43,037 nucleotides of DNA, from positions 1-43,037 of IMG/VR virus record IMGVR_UViG_3300045988_172905, one strand, 5' to 3'. Origin of the DNA: a virus. The notes under the pieces are model-generated. The model saw only the letters and a list, made by a program, of their open reading frames with translations, was not told the DNA's origin and did no database searches. A program made the translations under genes and the position numbers. Shown piece by piece: positions 17,420 through 26,659 of the stretch (position 1 is its first letter; each line of letters opens with the position of its first letter).

Positions 17420-17677
17420 ATGAGTTATATCGGACATAAAATTTCTGATTGGGAAAAAGCCATCAGAAGACGAGATGATATTGAATTTGAAGAAATCTAC
17501 CTCGAGGACGGTTGGGTGAGCGTTGTCATTGGTACTATTCTGCAACCCACCAAGCATAAGGTGCGTGGCGAGTACCGTAAGCGCAAGCGCCGTGTGAGAT
17601 GGAACTGCTTCGGTGTGTGCATGAACGCCAACGGCACGTCCAACGGCGATTTGTATAACTTTAATATCAGTCTATGA
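17420..17677 (+). CDS. Small basic hypothetical protein
   Basis: Internal ATG 2 nt after the LuxR stop; 85 aa. Confidence 0.5.
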   Translation: MSYIGHKISDWEKAIRRRDDIEFEEIYLEDGWVSVVIGTILQPTKHKVRGEYRKRKRRVRWNCFGVCMNANGTSNGDLYNFNISL

Positions 17678-17681
17678 GTCC

Positions 17682-20600
17682 ATGATCAGCGAGAGAGATA
17701 TAGAAAAAGTTCTGAACCGGGCCGACATTGTTGATGTCGTAGAAAGATGCATGGGTTCATTGGGTCGGGGCAATAAGGCTTGTTGCCCGTTCCACAACGA
17801 GCGCACGCCATCGTTCCATGTCAACCCGCGCACTCAAACATGGCATTGCTTCGGGGGGTGCCCCCAGGGGGACAACGGTGGCGACGTGATTAACTTCGTG
17901 ATGAAGTATAAACACCTCACCTTCCCCGAGGCAGTTAAAGACCTTGCACAGCTCTACGGGATCAAAATAGAAGATACACGCGACATTCGCACTGCAGAAG
18001 AAATACAGGCACAGCAAAAGCGAGAAGCTATGCTTGCCATCAATCAATGGGCTGGCCAATTCTACGTCAAAGCCATTACAGCAGACAACGACAAGGCGAA
18101 GTTTGCACTGAACTATGCAGTCGAAAGTCGCGGCTGGGGCGCTGAATATGTTGCAGAGAACGGTATTGGCTTCGCTGACGGGACACGTGACTCGCTTTAC
18201 CAGGCAGCGAAACCGGCTGGGCAGCCCATTGAGTTGATGATAGAACTTGGCTTGCTTCGCAGAGGTGAACACGGTGACATCTATGATTTCTACCGTGACC
18301 GGCTTATGATTCCAATTCGTGACAGATTCAGGCGCATCATCGGCTTTACCGCTCGCGCACTGGGTGAGAGCAAGGCTAAATATATCAACAGTCCTACAAG
18401 CGCAGTCTATGAGAAGAAAGAAACTATCTTCGGCATAGACAACGGTATCACAACAGCACGCAAAGAGGATAGATTCTACCTCGTGGAAGGTGCACCAGAT
18501 GTCATCAAGCTGCAAAGCATCGGCATAACCAACACGGTAGCCTCGCTGGGCGGTGCATGGAGTGCCGCACACTTCGAGCAGCTGCACAAACACGCCAACC
18601 GGGTCTGCTTCATCCCTGACGCTGACCCACCAAAGCACGGCGAGAAGATGGGTGCAGGGAAGAAGTTCGTGTGCGCCAATGGCATGATAGCACTGAAAGC
18701 CGGCTTGGGTGTCACCGTCAAAGAAATCCCAGAGGATCCTGACGAGAAACGTGACCCCGACAGCTATATAACTAGCGGTGCCGTGCTCGCTGCCATCGAG
18801 GAGAAAGACTTCATAGTGTGGTATGCCGAAATTCTCTTTGAACCTTGCGAGACGGTCGAAGCCAAGAGTGCCGTGGTGAATGAGCTGACAAACCTATTGG
18901 CCATCATTCATGATGATGTCAAGGTGCAGATGCTTTTGAAGCAACTGCAGAAGCTATACCCCGACAAAGCTTTGTGGAAGTCTGCACTGAATGCAGCTCG
19001 CAAGGCGAACAAAGAGGAGAAAGTTTCGGCTGACAAAGTACAACTTCTCAACAAAGAGCTGCTGGCTAAATATGGGTTTTACGAGAGTGGCCACTGCTAC
19101 TGGTCTATCGGCAAGGATGGAGAGTGCCAATGGAGCAACTTTGTAATGGAGCCGATGTTTCACATCAAAGACCCATTACTGCCTAAACGACTCTACCGCA
19201 TCACAAACTATCGAGGCATATCTGAAATTATAGAACTCAAACAAGATGAGTTATCATCACTCGGTAAGTTCAGGCAGAAAATTGAGGGTCTTGGCAACTT
19301 CATCTGGTTGGCTAAAGAAGAACACCTCACTAAATTGAAAATGTTCCTCTATGAAAAGACTGAAACAGCCATTGAGATAACACAATTAGGTTGGCAAAGC
19401 AAAGGCTTTTTTGCTTATGGCAATGGCTGCTTCTACAATGGCAACTGGCATACCACAGATGATTATGGCATTGTCCGCCTTGGTGATGAATTGGGCAACT
19501 TCTATCTGCCATCAAACAGCCTTATCTATCGTGACAACCAAAAGTATTTCGCCTTTGAACGGCAGTTTGTTCACCTGGCTCTGAATGGCATATCACTTAG
19601 AGACTATGCCGTCAAACTCATAGATGTTTTTGGAGACAATGCCAAAGTCGGCATCTGCTTCTTGCTGGCAACTTTGTTTCGTGATGTTGTTGCTGGGTTC
19701 ACAAAAGCTTTCCCTATCCTCAACCTATTCGGCCCTGTCGGCTCAGGTAAGAGCGAGCTGGGTCACTCGCTGATGTCATTCTTTATCATCGATAACACAC
19801 CGCCAAACATTCAGAACTCTACAGTGCCAGCAATGGGTGAGATTGTTGCCCAATGCGCCAATGCCCTTGTACATATTGATGAATACAAGAACGGAATCGA
19901 CTACCTAAAGATTGAATTCTTGAAAGGTCTATGGGATGGCAGCGGTAGAAGCCGCATGAATTGGGAGGAAAAGAAACGTGAGATAACTTCCGTTGACTGT
20001 GGTGTTATCCTTAGCGGTCAGGAAATGCCGACCGCTGATATCGCATTGTTCACCCGTGTGATATTCCTCACATTCAACAAAAGTGTGTTCAGCGATGAAG
20101 CAAAGCAAAAATTCGAGGAACTAAAAGAAATCCGAAAGCGTGGCTTATCGCATATCACTTTGCAGATCCTCAAACATCGCGCGAAGTTTGAGGCTGAATT
20201 TGTCGGCAACTATAACACTGCGTTCAGTGATATAGTTGAAAACACTCGACATGAGGATGTGCAAGACCGCATCTTGCGGAACTGGTGTGTACCACTGGCA
20301 GCCTTCCGCACGCTCAGCGGAGTGCTTGACCTGCCTCTTGAATACAACGACCTGCTTAAGATATGCGTTGACCATGTGCTGATGCAAAATAGCGAGTGCA
20401 AGTCAAGTAATGAACTGTCAAACTTTTGGAATGTGGTGGCATATCTTATGCAAGACGGTCAGATATTCAAGGACAGCGACTTCAAAATTAGGTATGTCTC
20501 ACGCTTCAAATGTGACACGACCAATGTTATTGAGTGGTCCAGGGCACGACCGGTGTTGCTGCTACGCAAAAACAGGTTGTTCATGCTATACAAACGCAAC

Positions 20601-20918
20601 GGCAAGCAAGTTGGTGATACAACTTTGCCAGCCGAAACACTGGCATACTACCTTGAGAACTCGAAAGAGTATATAGGGTTGAAACGCTCTGTGAGGTTCA
20701 AAAACATCATCGACGGGCGGCACGAAACTACCGTTGAAAAAGACGAATGGGGCAACGATAAACTGAAGACCACTGACAGCGTTGACCGTGCATATTGCTT
20801 CGACTATGAAATGGTTCGTGACAATTATGGCATCAACCTGGAAGTGGTTGCCAGTGGTGTGGAAGATGACCTCGAAGAACCACGCCCAGAGCCAAAACAG
20901 CAGATCATTCCTTACTAA
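17682..20918 (+). CDS. DNA primase (CHC2 zinc finger plus Toprim) fused to a P-loop helicase/NTPase
   Basis: CCPFHNERTPSFHV...HCFGGC zinc finger, Toprim YLVEGAPDV...IPDADPPKHGEKMG, and Walker A GPVGSGKS. Confidence 0.9.
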   Translation: MISERDIEKVLNRADIVDVVERCMGSLGRGNKACCPFHNERTPSFHVNPRTQTWHCFGGCPQGDNGGDVINFVMKYKHLTFPEAVKDLAQLYGIKIEDTRDIRTAEEIQAQQKREAMLAINQWAGQFYVKAITADNDKAKFALNYAVESRGWGAEYVAENGIGFADGTRDSLYQAAKPAGQPIELMIELGLLRRGEHGDIYDFYRDRLMIPIRDRFRRIIGFTARALGESKAKYINSPTSAVYEKKETIFGIDNGITTARKEDRFYLVEGAPDVIKLQSIGITNTVASLGGAWSAAHFEQLHKHANRVCFIPDADPPKHGEKMGAGKKFVCANGMIALKAGLGVTVKEIPEDPDEKRDPDSYITSGAVLAAIEEKDFIVWYAEILFEPCETVEAKSAVVNELTNLLAIIHDDVKVQMLLKQLQKLYPDKALWKSALNAARKANKEEKVSADKVQLLNKELLAKYGFYESGHCYWSIGKDGECQWSNFVMEPMFHIKDPLLPKRLYRITNYRGISEIIELKQDELSSLGKFRQKIEGLGNFIWLAKEEHLTKLKMFLYEKTETAIEITQLGWQSKGFFAYGNGCFYNGNWHTTDDYGIVRLGDELGNFYLPSNSLIYRDNQKYFAFERQFVHLALNGISLRDYAVKLIDVFGDNAKVGICFLLATLFRDVVAGFTKAFPILNLFGPVGSGKSELGHSLMSFFIIDNTPPNIQNSTVPAMGEIVAQCANALVHIDEYKNGIDYLKIEFLKGLWDGSGRSRMNWEEKKREITSVDCGVILSGQEMPTADIALFTRVIFLTFNKSVFSDEAKQKFEELKEIRKRGLSHITLQILKHRAKFEAEFVGNYNTAFSDIVENTRHEDVQDRILRNWCVPLAAFRTLSGVLDLPLEYNDLLKICVDHVLMQNSECKSSNELSNFWNVVAYLMQDGQIFKDSDFKIRYVSRFKCDTTNVIEWSRARPVLLLRKNRLFMLYKRNGKQVGDTTLPAETLAYYLENSKEYIGLKRSVRFKNIIDGRHETTVEKDEWGNDKLKTTDSVDRAYCFDYEMVRDNYGINLEVVASGVEDDLEEPRPEPKQQIIPY

Positions 20919-20970
20919 AACTTGATTGTCGAGAGAAAAAAAGCACTTTTCTTGAAAAAATGTATAATAA

Positions 20971-21002
20971 TTTTGTTATATCACGTTTTTGTTATATCTT
21001 TA
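20971..21002 (+). promoter_or_regulatory. hicAB promoter/operator candidate: two TTTTGTTATATC direct repeats overlapping the -7-like box TATCTTTA
   Basis: Repeats at 20971-20982 and 20987-20998, box at 20995-21002, 28 nt upstream of ATG 21030. Confidence 0.45.
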
Positions 21003-21029
21003 CATTGTCAAATCAAACGAACGACTAAT

Positions 21030-21212
21030 ATGAAATGGTCAGAACTTAAGAAAATCGCCGTTGAACATGGCTTCGAGTTTAAGAAGCACGGCAAGAAACA
21101 TGATGAGTACGTCAACCCGACGACAGGTGTAAAAATCCAAATTGAGCGACACTGGAGCCAAGAGGTCAGACCAGGATTGATGAAGCGACTGAAACAAGTC
21201 ATCGGGTTCTAA
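21030..21212 (+). CDS. hicA: HicA-family mRNA interferase toxin
   Basis: 60 aa: MKWSELKKIAVEHGFEFKKHGKKHDEYVNPTTGVKIQIERHWSQEVRPGLMKRLKQVIGF, matching the HicA length and pattern. The track extension upstream is promoter sequence. Confidence 0.8.
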   Translation: MKWSELKKIAVEHGFEFKKHGKKHDEYVNPTTGVKIQIERHWSQEVRPGLMKRLKQVIGF

Positions 21213-21278
21213 AAGAAAGGGGGAGCAACCCTCCCCCCCCCTCATTAAATAGATTATTAACGATTAAACGATACTCTT

Positions 21279-21677
21279 ATGAAAGTTCAAATTGAGAAAC
21301 AAAGCGACGGCACATATATCGCCTACAACACGACGGGTGACATGGTGCAGCTCATCGGCACCGGTGACACTGTTGCCGAAGCCAAGAGCGACTTCATGAA
21401 TTCCATCGAGGAAATCATTGAGTCCTATAAAGAGGATGCTCAACCTGTACCCGTTGAACTGACCGAAGAACCAGAGTTCTACTTTGACGTGAGCTCTCTC
21501 TTTGAATACTACAGTGTAATCAATGTAAGTGCCTTCGCCAAGATGGTAGGCATCAACGACAGCCTTTTGCGCCAATACAAGCGCGGGGGCACATACATCA
21601 GCGATGCACAACTTTGCAAAATAGAGGCTGGCATTCACCAACTGGGTAGAGAATTTTCAAGTCTGCGTCTCGTTTGA
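21279..21677 (+). CDS. hicB: HicB-family antitoxin with a C-terminal HTH
   Basis: N-terminal HicB-like MKVQIEKQSDGTYIAY...AEAKSDFMNSIEEIIESY and the C-terminal HTH segment FAKMVGINDSLLRQYKRG. Confidence 0.8.
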   Translation: MKVQIEKQSDGTYIAYNTTGDMVQLIGTGDTVAEAKSDFMNSIEEIIESYKEDAQPVPVELTEEPEFYFDVSSLFEYYSVINVSAFAKMVGINDSLLRQYKRGGTYISDAQLCKIEAGIHQLGREFSSLRLV

Positions 21678-21719
21678 TTTGACACACTTACGACCATTTG
21701 CAGACTTGCGCCCCACGGT

Positions 21720-21741
21720 CCCCACGGCCGTGGGGCTTTTT
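21720..21741 (+). terminator. Intrinsic terminator
   Basis: CCCCAC 21720-21725 pairs with GTGGGG 21730-21735 (loop GGCC), followed by CTTTTT. Confidence 0.7.
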
Positions 21742-21788
21742 GTCTGCCGTGAGCAAAACACATTATTTTTTTGAGGTGGTTTTGTCTG

Positions 21789-22013
21789 CTACATAAGCTA
21801 CAGAGGCTACAATGCAGGAAAACAACGATTTAAGCAAACTACACACCGACTACAATGCGCTACAACGCGCTACATTTTACTACATATTATAGACTTTTAC
21901 TACATATCATATACAAATACTACAAATGTAGCACTCTCCAATTATATTGTAGTTTTTATATTTTACTCTTTTTCAATGCTTTATGGTTTTGTTGGCGATT
22001 GTAGCGCATGTAG
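21789..22013. repeat. Iteron array: 10 direct CTACA-core repeats plus 4 inverted TGTAG copies (replication origin candidate)
   Basis: CTACA at 21789, 21798, 21807, 21839, 21850, 21860, 21870, 21880, 21900 and 21920. TGTAG at 21927, 21948, 22000 and 22009. Spacings are mostly 9-11 or 20 nt. Confidence 0.65.
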
Positions 22014-22083
22014 CTCTGAAGATATGTTCGCCAAAAATATTTTTTTGTTTTCGTCAAGATGATGTCGAATCCAATAAAATTAG

Positions 22084-22091
22084 TACCTTTG
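22084..22091 (+). promoter_or_regulatory. -7 promoter box TACCTTTG
   Basis: Exact TAnnTTTG match ending 8 nt before ATG 22100. Confidence 0.5.
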
Positions 22092-22099
22092 CGGTGTCT

Positions 22100-22588
22100 A
22101 TGAGCCAATTCATCATCTATATAAAGCTGGAAAAGTATCTCAGCGAGTGGTTAACACACTCGCTGGGCTGCCCTGTTCGGTTCCCTAACGGTTCAAATGA
22201 GAACGCAGTGATCCGCGCCTTCATCCAGCAGACACCAGAGGGCGAAAAGCCTGAAACTGCTGCCGAAGGTATGACACCAATATATATTCCCGACAGCAAA
22301 GCCAAGCCTCCAGTGAGCTACAACTATATGACCGATAGCGGCAAGAAAGCCGTGCGTGAAGCTATCATGGACCTGTTCACGCGCAATCTGTGGAACGAGC
22401 TTCGTCCTATTGACTCCATCAACATTGGTGTGAACACACGCATCGCAGCCTGGTGCGAAATGCACGGCATCGGTCTCGATCGTGTGGAGACGGTCAGGCA
22501 GAAATACTACCGCATCCGCGAGGCTTACAAAAAAAGGGGCATCAATCTGCAAAATTTCACCCGAAATAATTCAGACAAAGACCCTTGA
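22100..22588 (+). CDS. Hypothetical protein
   Basis: 162 aa from the internal ATG MSQFIIY. The track extension from 21983 runs through the iteron region and promoter. Confidence 0.6.
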   Translation: MSQFIIYIKLEKYLSEWLTHSLGCPVRFPNGSNENAVIRAFIQQTPEGEKPETAAEGMTPIYIPDSKAKPPVSYNYMTDSGKKAVREAIMDLFTRNLWNELRPIDSINIGVNTRIAAWCEMHGIGLDRVETVRQKYYRIREAYKKRGINLQNFTRNNSDKDP

Positions 22589-22600
22589 TTTTCGGAAACG

Positions 22601-22650
22601 TGAACAACCTTGCACAACCTTGCACAACTCTGCACAAACTTAAACAATAT
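22601..22650 (+). repeat. Five tandem 10-bp units (consensus TGCACAACCT), decaying 3'-ward
   Basis: tgaacaacct tgcacaacct tgcacaactc tgcacaaact taaacaatat. The last unit overlaps ATG 22649. Confidence 0.7.
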
Positions 22651-23065
22651 GACACAACTATTACAGAACATCTACCGAGTCGAGTTCATTGAGACTCGTT
22701 ATCTGAGCAACATGGTGCTGCTTGGCAATAATGGGGCCGCTCTAAAATACTGGCGCAACTTTATCGAATTGTGCCTGGTTGGGCTTGCAGATGTGGTAGT
22801 GAGTCAAACAGTTGACAATGGCAGCCGTTTGACTACTGTCAAGCTTACAGCTCGCACAACTAGCGACTTTGCTGTTGACAACCGAAGACTGGCATGGCGC
22901 ATTACTACCGTCACCGGCGATCAATACCTTATCGGCACAACCGAGCAACCATTCCCGGTTACAACTGTTGCTAATGACTTCCCCGACAAAGCAACATCGC
23001 AAAGCGGAAAGAAGATCACTGTATCGTGGCAAACACCACTGAATATCCTTAAAATTAAGGCTTGA
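22649..23065 (+). CDS. Hypothetical protein, first gene of the head block
   Basis: 138 aa from the ATG MTQLLQN. The track start at 22610 lies in the tandem repeats. Confidence 0.6.
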   Translation: MTQLLQNIYRVEFIETRYLSNMVLLGNNGAALKYWRNFIELCLVGLADVVVSQTVDNGSRLTTVKLTARTTSDFAVDNRRLAWRITTVTGDQYLIGTTEQPFPVTTVANDFPDKATSQSGKKITVSWQTPLNILKIKA

Positions 23066-23095
23066 TCAGTATTTTTGCACTTTTGTTAACCCATT

Positions 23096-23103
23096 TATCT
23101 TTG
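23096..23103 (+). promoter_or_regulatory. -7 promoter box TATCTTTG, with TTTG motifs about 20-25 nt upstream
   Basis: Exact TAnnTTTG match 18 nt upstream of ATG 23121. TTTG at 23074 and 23083 are candidate -33 elements. Confidence 0.6.
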
Positions 23104-23120
23104 CAACAAATTATCTTACA

Positions 23121-24158
23121 ATGGACTACCAACTTATTATTGACGATTACATCGGCGGCTGGTGGGGCAATAGCAAAAGACAGATTCGAAACCGCCTGTC
23201 GGAGTACGCCGACCAGCACGTTGACGTGAAGATATCTTCACTCGGTGGCTCACTGGACGACGGACTAGACATCCGCCAACAATTCATCGACCACGGCGAC
23301 GTGACCGCCTACCTGCATGGTTTCGTGGCAAGTGCTGCCACGATCATCGCCATGGGTGCCAAGCACATTGTTATGGGCAAATATGCGCTGTTCCTGGTGC
23401 ATCAATGCTCCAACGAGGTGTTTGTGTGGGAACAGATGAATGCCTCAGACCTGGAGGCGCTCATAGACCAGCTGAAAAAGAACATGGAGGAAAACGCTAA
23501 AATCGACACTGTGCTTGCCGCCATGTACGCTTCGCGCTGTAAGAACCACTCGCGAGATGAACTTCTCGATCTGCTCAAAGAGAGCAAGTGGCTCACCGCA
23601 CAAGAGGCTCTTGACTGGGGGTTCATTGACGAGATTCTTGAAGAAGATGACGAAGCTCCAGAACTGACCAACGCACTCGCCAAAAAAATCAATGCTGCGG
23701 GGCTGCCACTGACCGGGTTGGAAATCCAACCCGACCGTGGCGGTATGCTGCAGCCCATCTTTGACTCCTTGAAGACGATCAAGGACATGATTACTCCCAA
23801 AGATAAACTCGCTGCGTGTGAAGACACCAGCTCAAATCAATTGTATATGGACAAAGAATTCAAAACCGTGGCGAGCGTGCTCAAGGTTGACTCTCTCGCC
23901 AGCAAAGACGGCTCAGTGACTCTCACTGCCGAACAGATGCAGGCGATTGAAGACCGCCTGAATGAGCTCGAGTCGCAACACTCTGACGATGCCAACGCCA
24001 TCGCCGAGCGCGACAACACTATCAACAATTTGGAGCAGCAAGTCAAGAACCTGCAAGAGGCTCCAGCTGATGAGACCAACAAGGTAGATGAGGCTGACAC
24101 AGACAACCAGCCTCGCACCAGCAAAGACATGTTTAACTCTATCAAAGACCTGATTTAA
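23121..24158 (+). CDS. ClpP-like (S14) prohead protease fused to a coiled-coil scaffold domain
   Basis: ISSLGGSLDDGLDIRQQF, GFVASAATIIAMGA and LVHQCSN resemble the ClpP Ser/His regions. The C-terminal 120 aa is an acidic coiled coil. It lies directly upstream of the capsid gene. Confidence 0.85.
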   Translation: MDYQLIIDDYIGGWWGNSKRQIRNRLSEYADQHVDVKISSLGGSLDDGLDIRQQFIDHGDVTAYLHGFVASAATIIAMGAKHIVMGKYALFLVHQCSNEVFVWEQMNASDLEALIDQLKKNMEENAKIDTVLAAMYASRCKNHSRDELLDLLKESKWLTAQEALDWGFIDEILEEDDEAPELTNALAKKINAAGLPLTGLEIQPDRGGMLQPIFDSLKTIKDMITPKDKLAACEDTSSNQLYMDKEFKTVASVLKVDSLASKDGSVTLTAEQMQAIEDRLNELESQHSDDANAIAERDNTINNLEQQVKNLQEAPADETNKVDEADTDNQPRTSKDMFNSIKDLI

Positions 24159-24159
24159 T

Positions 24160-25128
24160 ATGGGACAAATGACAATCACTCCTGAAGCTCTTGCTCTGAG
24201 CGGCCACAAATTCCGCAAAGAACTGCTTCAAATGCCTGTGCACGCCATGCAGGAGACCGTGCAGCACATGACCGTGCGCCGTGGCATCCGCTATGCGGAG
24301 ACTGTGGGCGAACTCACCGGTAACATCGACCTGGGCCCCTACAGCGAGACCCGCATCGACAACGATGGCATGAACATCAATGGACGCACGCTCTACACCT
24401 TCCTGGGTAGCGTGGTGAAGAAGTTCTCGCCTAACAGCGTGGTCAAGTCTATCTATGACAGCGCAGTCACCAAAGGTGAGAATCTGAAAAGTGTGGATAT
24501 CGCCCTGCGCGTGCTCTCTTATCTGACCGCCAAACTCGGTGGCAACTTGCAGTCGCACATCTGGGATGCTAAACGTAACGACAGCGGCACTACAAGTGCT
24601 GACCTTTTCAATGGTTTCGACACCATTACTACTGCCGAGATTGGTGCTACCACACCAACCATCTCCACTTCTATTGGCAACCTCTATGAGTTCAGCGAAG
24701 CAATCACTGCAAGCAATGCAGTCGACATGATCAAGGCATTCTGTGAGGCTGCCAGCGAGCTGCTCGTGGATGCCGGTCAGCAAGTGAAGCTGTTCTGCTC
24801 ACCCGCCATCTACCGTGCTTACCTCAAAGACTATCAGGCTACCGTGGGTGCTATCCCCTACAACACCGAGTACAAGAAGGCTGTGGTTGAGGGTTTTGAG
24901 AATGTGAGCTTCGTGCCTCTGTACAACAAGGCCAACTCGCCTTACATCCATCTCACCACACAAGGGAACATGCTCGTGGGCGTGAACCAGGAGGGCGAAG
25001 AAGAGGACATCACCATCGAGAAGCATGAGGCTTTCGTACTGCAGTACATCGCCACCATGTTTTTCGGCGTGCAGTTTGAGAGTATCAACAAGGAACGCCT
25101 ACTTGTGGGCAAACTATATAATGGTTAA
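24160..25128 (+). CDS. Major capsid protein
   Basis: 322 aa, starting 2 nt after the protease/scaffold stop, with high expression-type codon usage. Assigned by position and size. Confidence 0.7.
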   Translation: MGQMTITPEALALSGHKFRKELLQMPVHAMQETVQHMTVRRGIRYAETVGELTGNIDLGPYSETRIDNDGMNINGRTLYTFLGSVVKKFSPNSVVKSIYDSAVTKGENLKSVDIALRVLSYLTAKLGGNLQSHIWDAKRNDSGTTSADLFNGFDTITTAEIGATTPTISTSIGNLYEFSEAITASNAVDMIKAFCEAASELLVDAGQQVKLFCSPAIYRAYLKDYQATVGAIPYNTEYKKAVVEGFENVSFVPLYNKANSPYIHLTTQGNMLVGVNQEGEEEDITIEKHEAFVLQYIATMFFGVQFESINKERLLVGKLYNG

Positions 25129-25144
25129 GAAAGGAGACTGAATT

Positions 25145-25753
25145 ATGGCAAACACTAATACTTGCGCATCGACTGCGCTTTATGAGTCGCTTGTTCATTG
25201 TAAGGGTGCTACTGTGCTTCCCGGTCTGAGGCCTCATGTGTACTACATCCCCAAGCGTGACATCGTGACCTTCCCCACACCGCCTAACACCGTTGAGAGT
25301 GGAGGCCACATGGGAGACCTTGCCACTATCAGCACCGACTTCGTGCTTGCCGCTGATGCCAAGTGGCGAAAGATTGACATCGTGAGCAATGCCAGCAATG
25401 TGAACAGCGAGAGCCAGGGCGAAGCACCGAGCAAGACGTTCAACAACACTGGCGTGTTTAAGTACCCGGGCAACAATGCCGAAGCTGCCGCTTTCTGCCG
25501 ACAGGCTAATGCAGACGATATCGTGTATCTGTGGCCACAGCGTGATGGTCAGTACCGCGTGCTTGGCAACCCGATGTTCGAGACTAACACCACTCCCTCA
25601 CAGGAGAGCGGCAGCGCCGAGACGGATGCCAGCGGTACAACCATCAACGTGGCTGTGACCGACATCATGCCTTCGCCTTTCTACACCGGCAAGATTGAGA
25701 CCGAAGACGGTAATATCAGCGGTGCTAATGGCTCGCCTATCGCAGGTGGATAA
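25145..25753 (+). CDS. Virion structural protein (decoration or tail-tube candidate)
   Basis: 202 aa directly after the capsid gene, followed by a terminator. Confidence 0.6.
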   Translation: MANTNTCASTALYESLVHCKGATVLPGLRPHVYYIPKRDIVTFPTPPNTVESGGHMGDLATISTDFVLAADAKWRKIDIVSNASNVNSESQGEAPSKTFNNTGVFKYPGNNAEAAAFCRQANADDIVYLWPQRDGQYRVLGNPMFETNTTPSQESGSAETDASGTTINVAVTDIMPSPFYTGKIETEDGNISGANGSPIAGG

Positions 25754-25800
25754 CTTATTGCGTTCAGCATACGTAGCCTAGGATAGACCCCTTCCCAGGT

Positions 25801-25845
25801 CGGGCACCAGTCGCTAACAGTGGCCTGAACTGCCCGAACTTTTTA
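25801..25845 (+). terminator. Intrinsic terminator
   Basis: CGGGCA 25801-25806 pairs with TGCCCG 25831-25836, followed by AACTTTTTAATTTT. Confidence 0.55.
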
Positions 25846-25858
25846 ATTTTCTCACATT

Positions 25859-26659
25859 ATGGACAACAAAATAACTGAACAACTCACTGATTGGCTTAAC
25901 ACGCCACGAGAGAACCGCGACATCCCGACTGGCGCGATGCTGCTGCTGCGGTTGAACAACAACCGCTTCCTCTATGCCAACATCCTGCGTCGGCCTGATA
26001 AGTTCGCCGACAAACTGGAGTACGAGCTGCGGAAACACTTGCGCATCCGTCTCGATGGACTTACCCGTGCGGACGTCATCAAGCTGGAGGCACAAGTGAT
26101 TCCTGCAGCAAAGAAAACGCTTGCCACACCTCCGGCAGTCATCTCTACCGACGATGAACTGCCCGAGGCTAAGGTGGCGACAGGGCGACGTGCCGACCAC
26201 GACTTGCTGCCACCTGAAGTGCAAGCGTTATGGGACAACAACCTTCAACTGTACAAAACCATCAAGAATGTGTTTGAACAGCTAAAGACGATGGAGAAGG
26301 CACAACCGTGCGACAGGTATGAGTATCTGAAGATACTGGATGATGCCGACCGTCGGTACCGCGCCAATCTTGAGCAGTATGACAGCTTCGTGGCTTCGGG
26401 TGAGCCTGTGGCTGCCGCCACAGACAACACCAACAGCGATGAAGCGCAGCGCAAGATTAACGCGGCACGGAAAACGCTCACCAAGTATAAGAAAATTCTT
26501 GCCAAGGCAGGCGAAGGCACTGAGCGTGCCGAGACTGCTCGACAGAAAATCATCGCTTGTATCGAAGTGATACGAGAGAACGGCGGCGTGGTGGGCGCTG
26601 CGGTTACTGCCGATTTGAAGAAGCTTGGCATAGTCATTGATGACAATGCCGAAGCGTGA
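25859..26659 (+). CDS. Hypothetical protein with coiled-coil regions
   Basis: 266-aa ORF with core-like codon usage. Confidence 0.6.
   Translation: MDNKITEQLTDWLNTPRENRDIPTGAMLLLRLNNNRFLYANILRRPDKFADKLEYELRKHLRIRLDGLTRADVIKLEAQVIPAAKKTLATPPAVISTDDELPEAKVATGRRADHDLLPPEVQALWDNNLQLYKTIKNVFEQLKTMEKAQPCDRYEYLKILDDADRRYRANLEQYDSFVASGEPVAAATDNTNSDEAQRKINAARKTLTKYKKILAKAGEGTERAETARQKIIACIEVIRENGGVVGAAVTADLKKLGIVIDDNAEA

Noticed and set aside
17757-18638. Long antisense ORFs inside large genes (17757-18638, 24142-24783, 28720-29397, 30828-31577, 32235-33029, 33393-34139, 5596-6300 and 3753-4881).
   Set aside because: Each lies fully within a well-supported gene on the other strand (primase, capsid, terL, tape measure, portal region). 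Their translations are low-complexity or Cys/His/Arg-rich, typical of shadow ORFs opposite GC3-rich coding sequence.
20922-21029. N-terminal extensions given by the ORF track (hicA from 20922, 21983-22099, 22610-22648, 27847-28002, 36434-36508, 41537-41569, 12657-12740, 5048-5134).
   Set aside because: The extensions run through promoters, repeats or the preceding gene, and several begin with non-ATG codons. Internal ATGs placed just after a -7 box or overlapping the upstream stop give the expected protein N-termini.
21789-22650. The short repeat arrays as a CRISPR array.
   Set aside because: The units are 5-10 bp with no unique spacers of CRISPR size, and no cas genes are present. They fit iterons and tandem binding sites instead.
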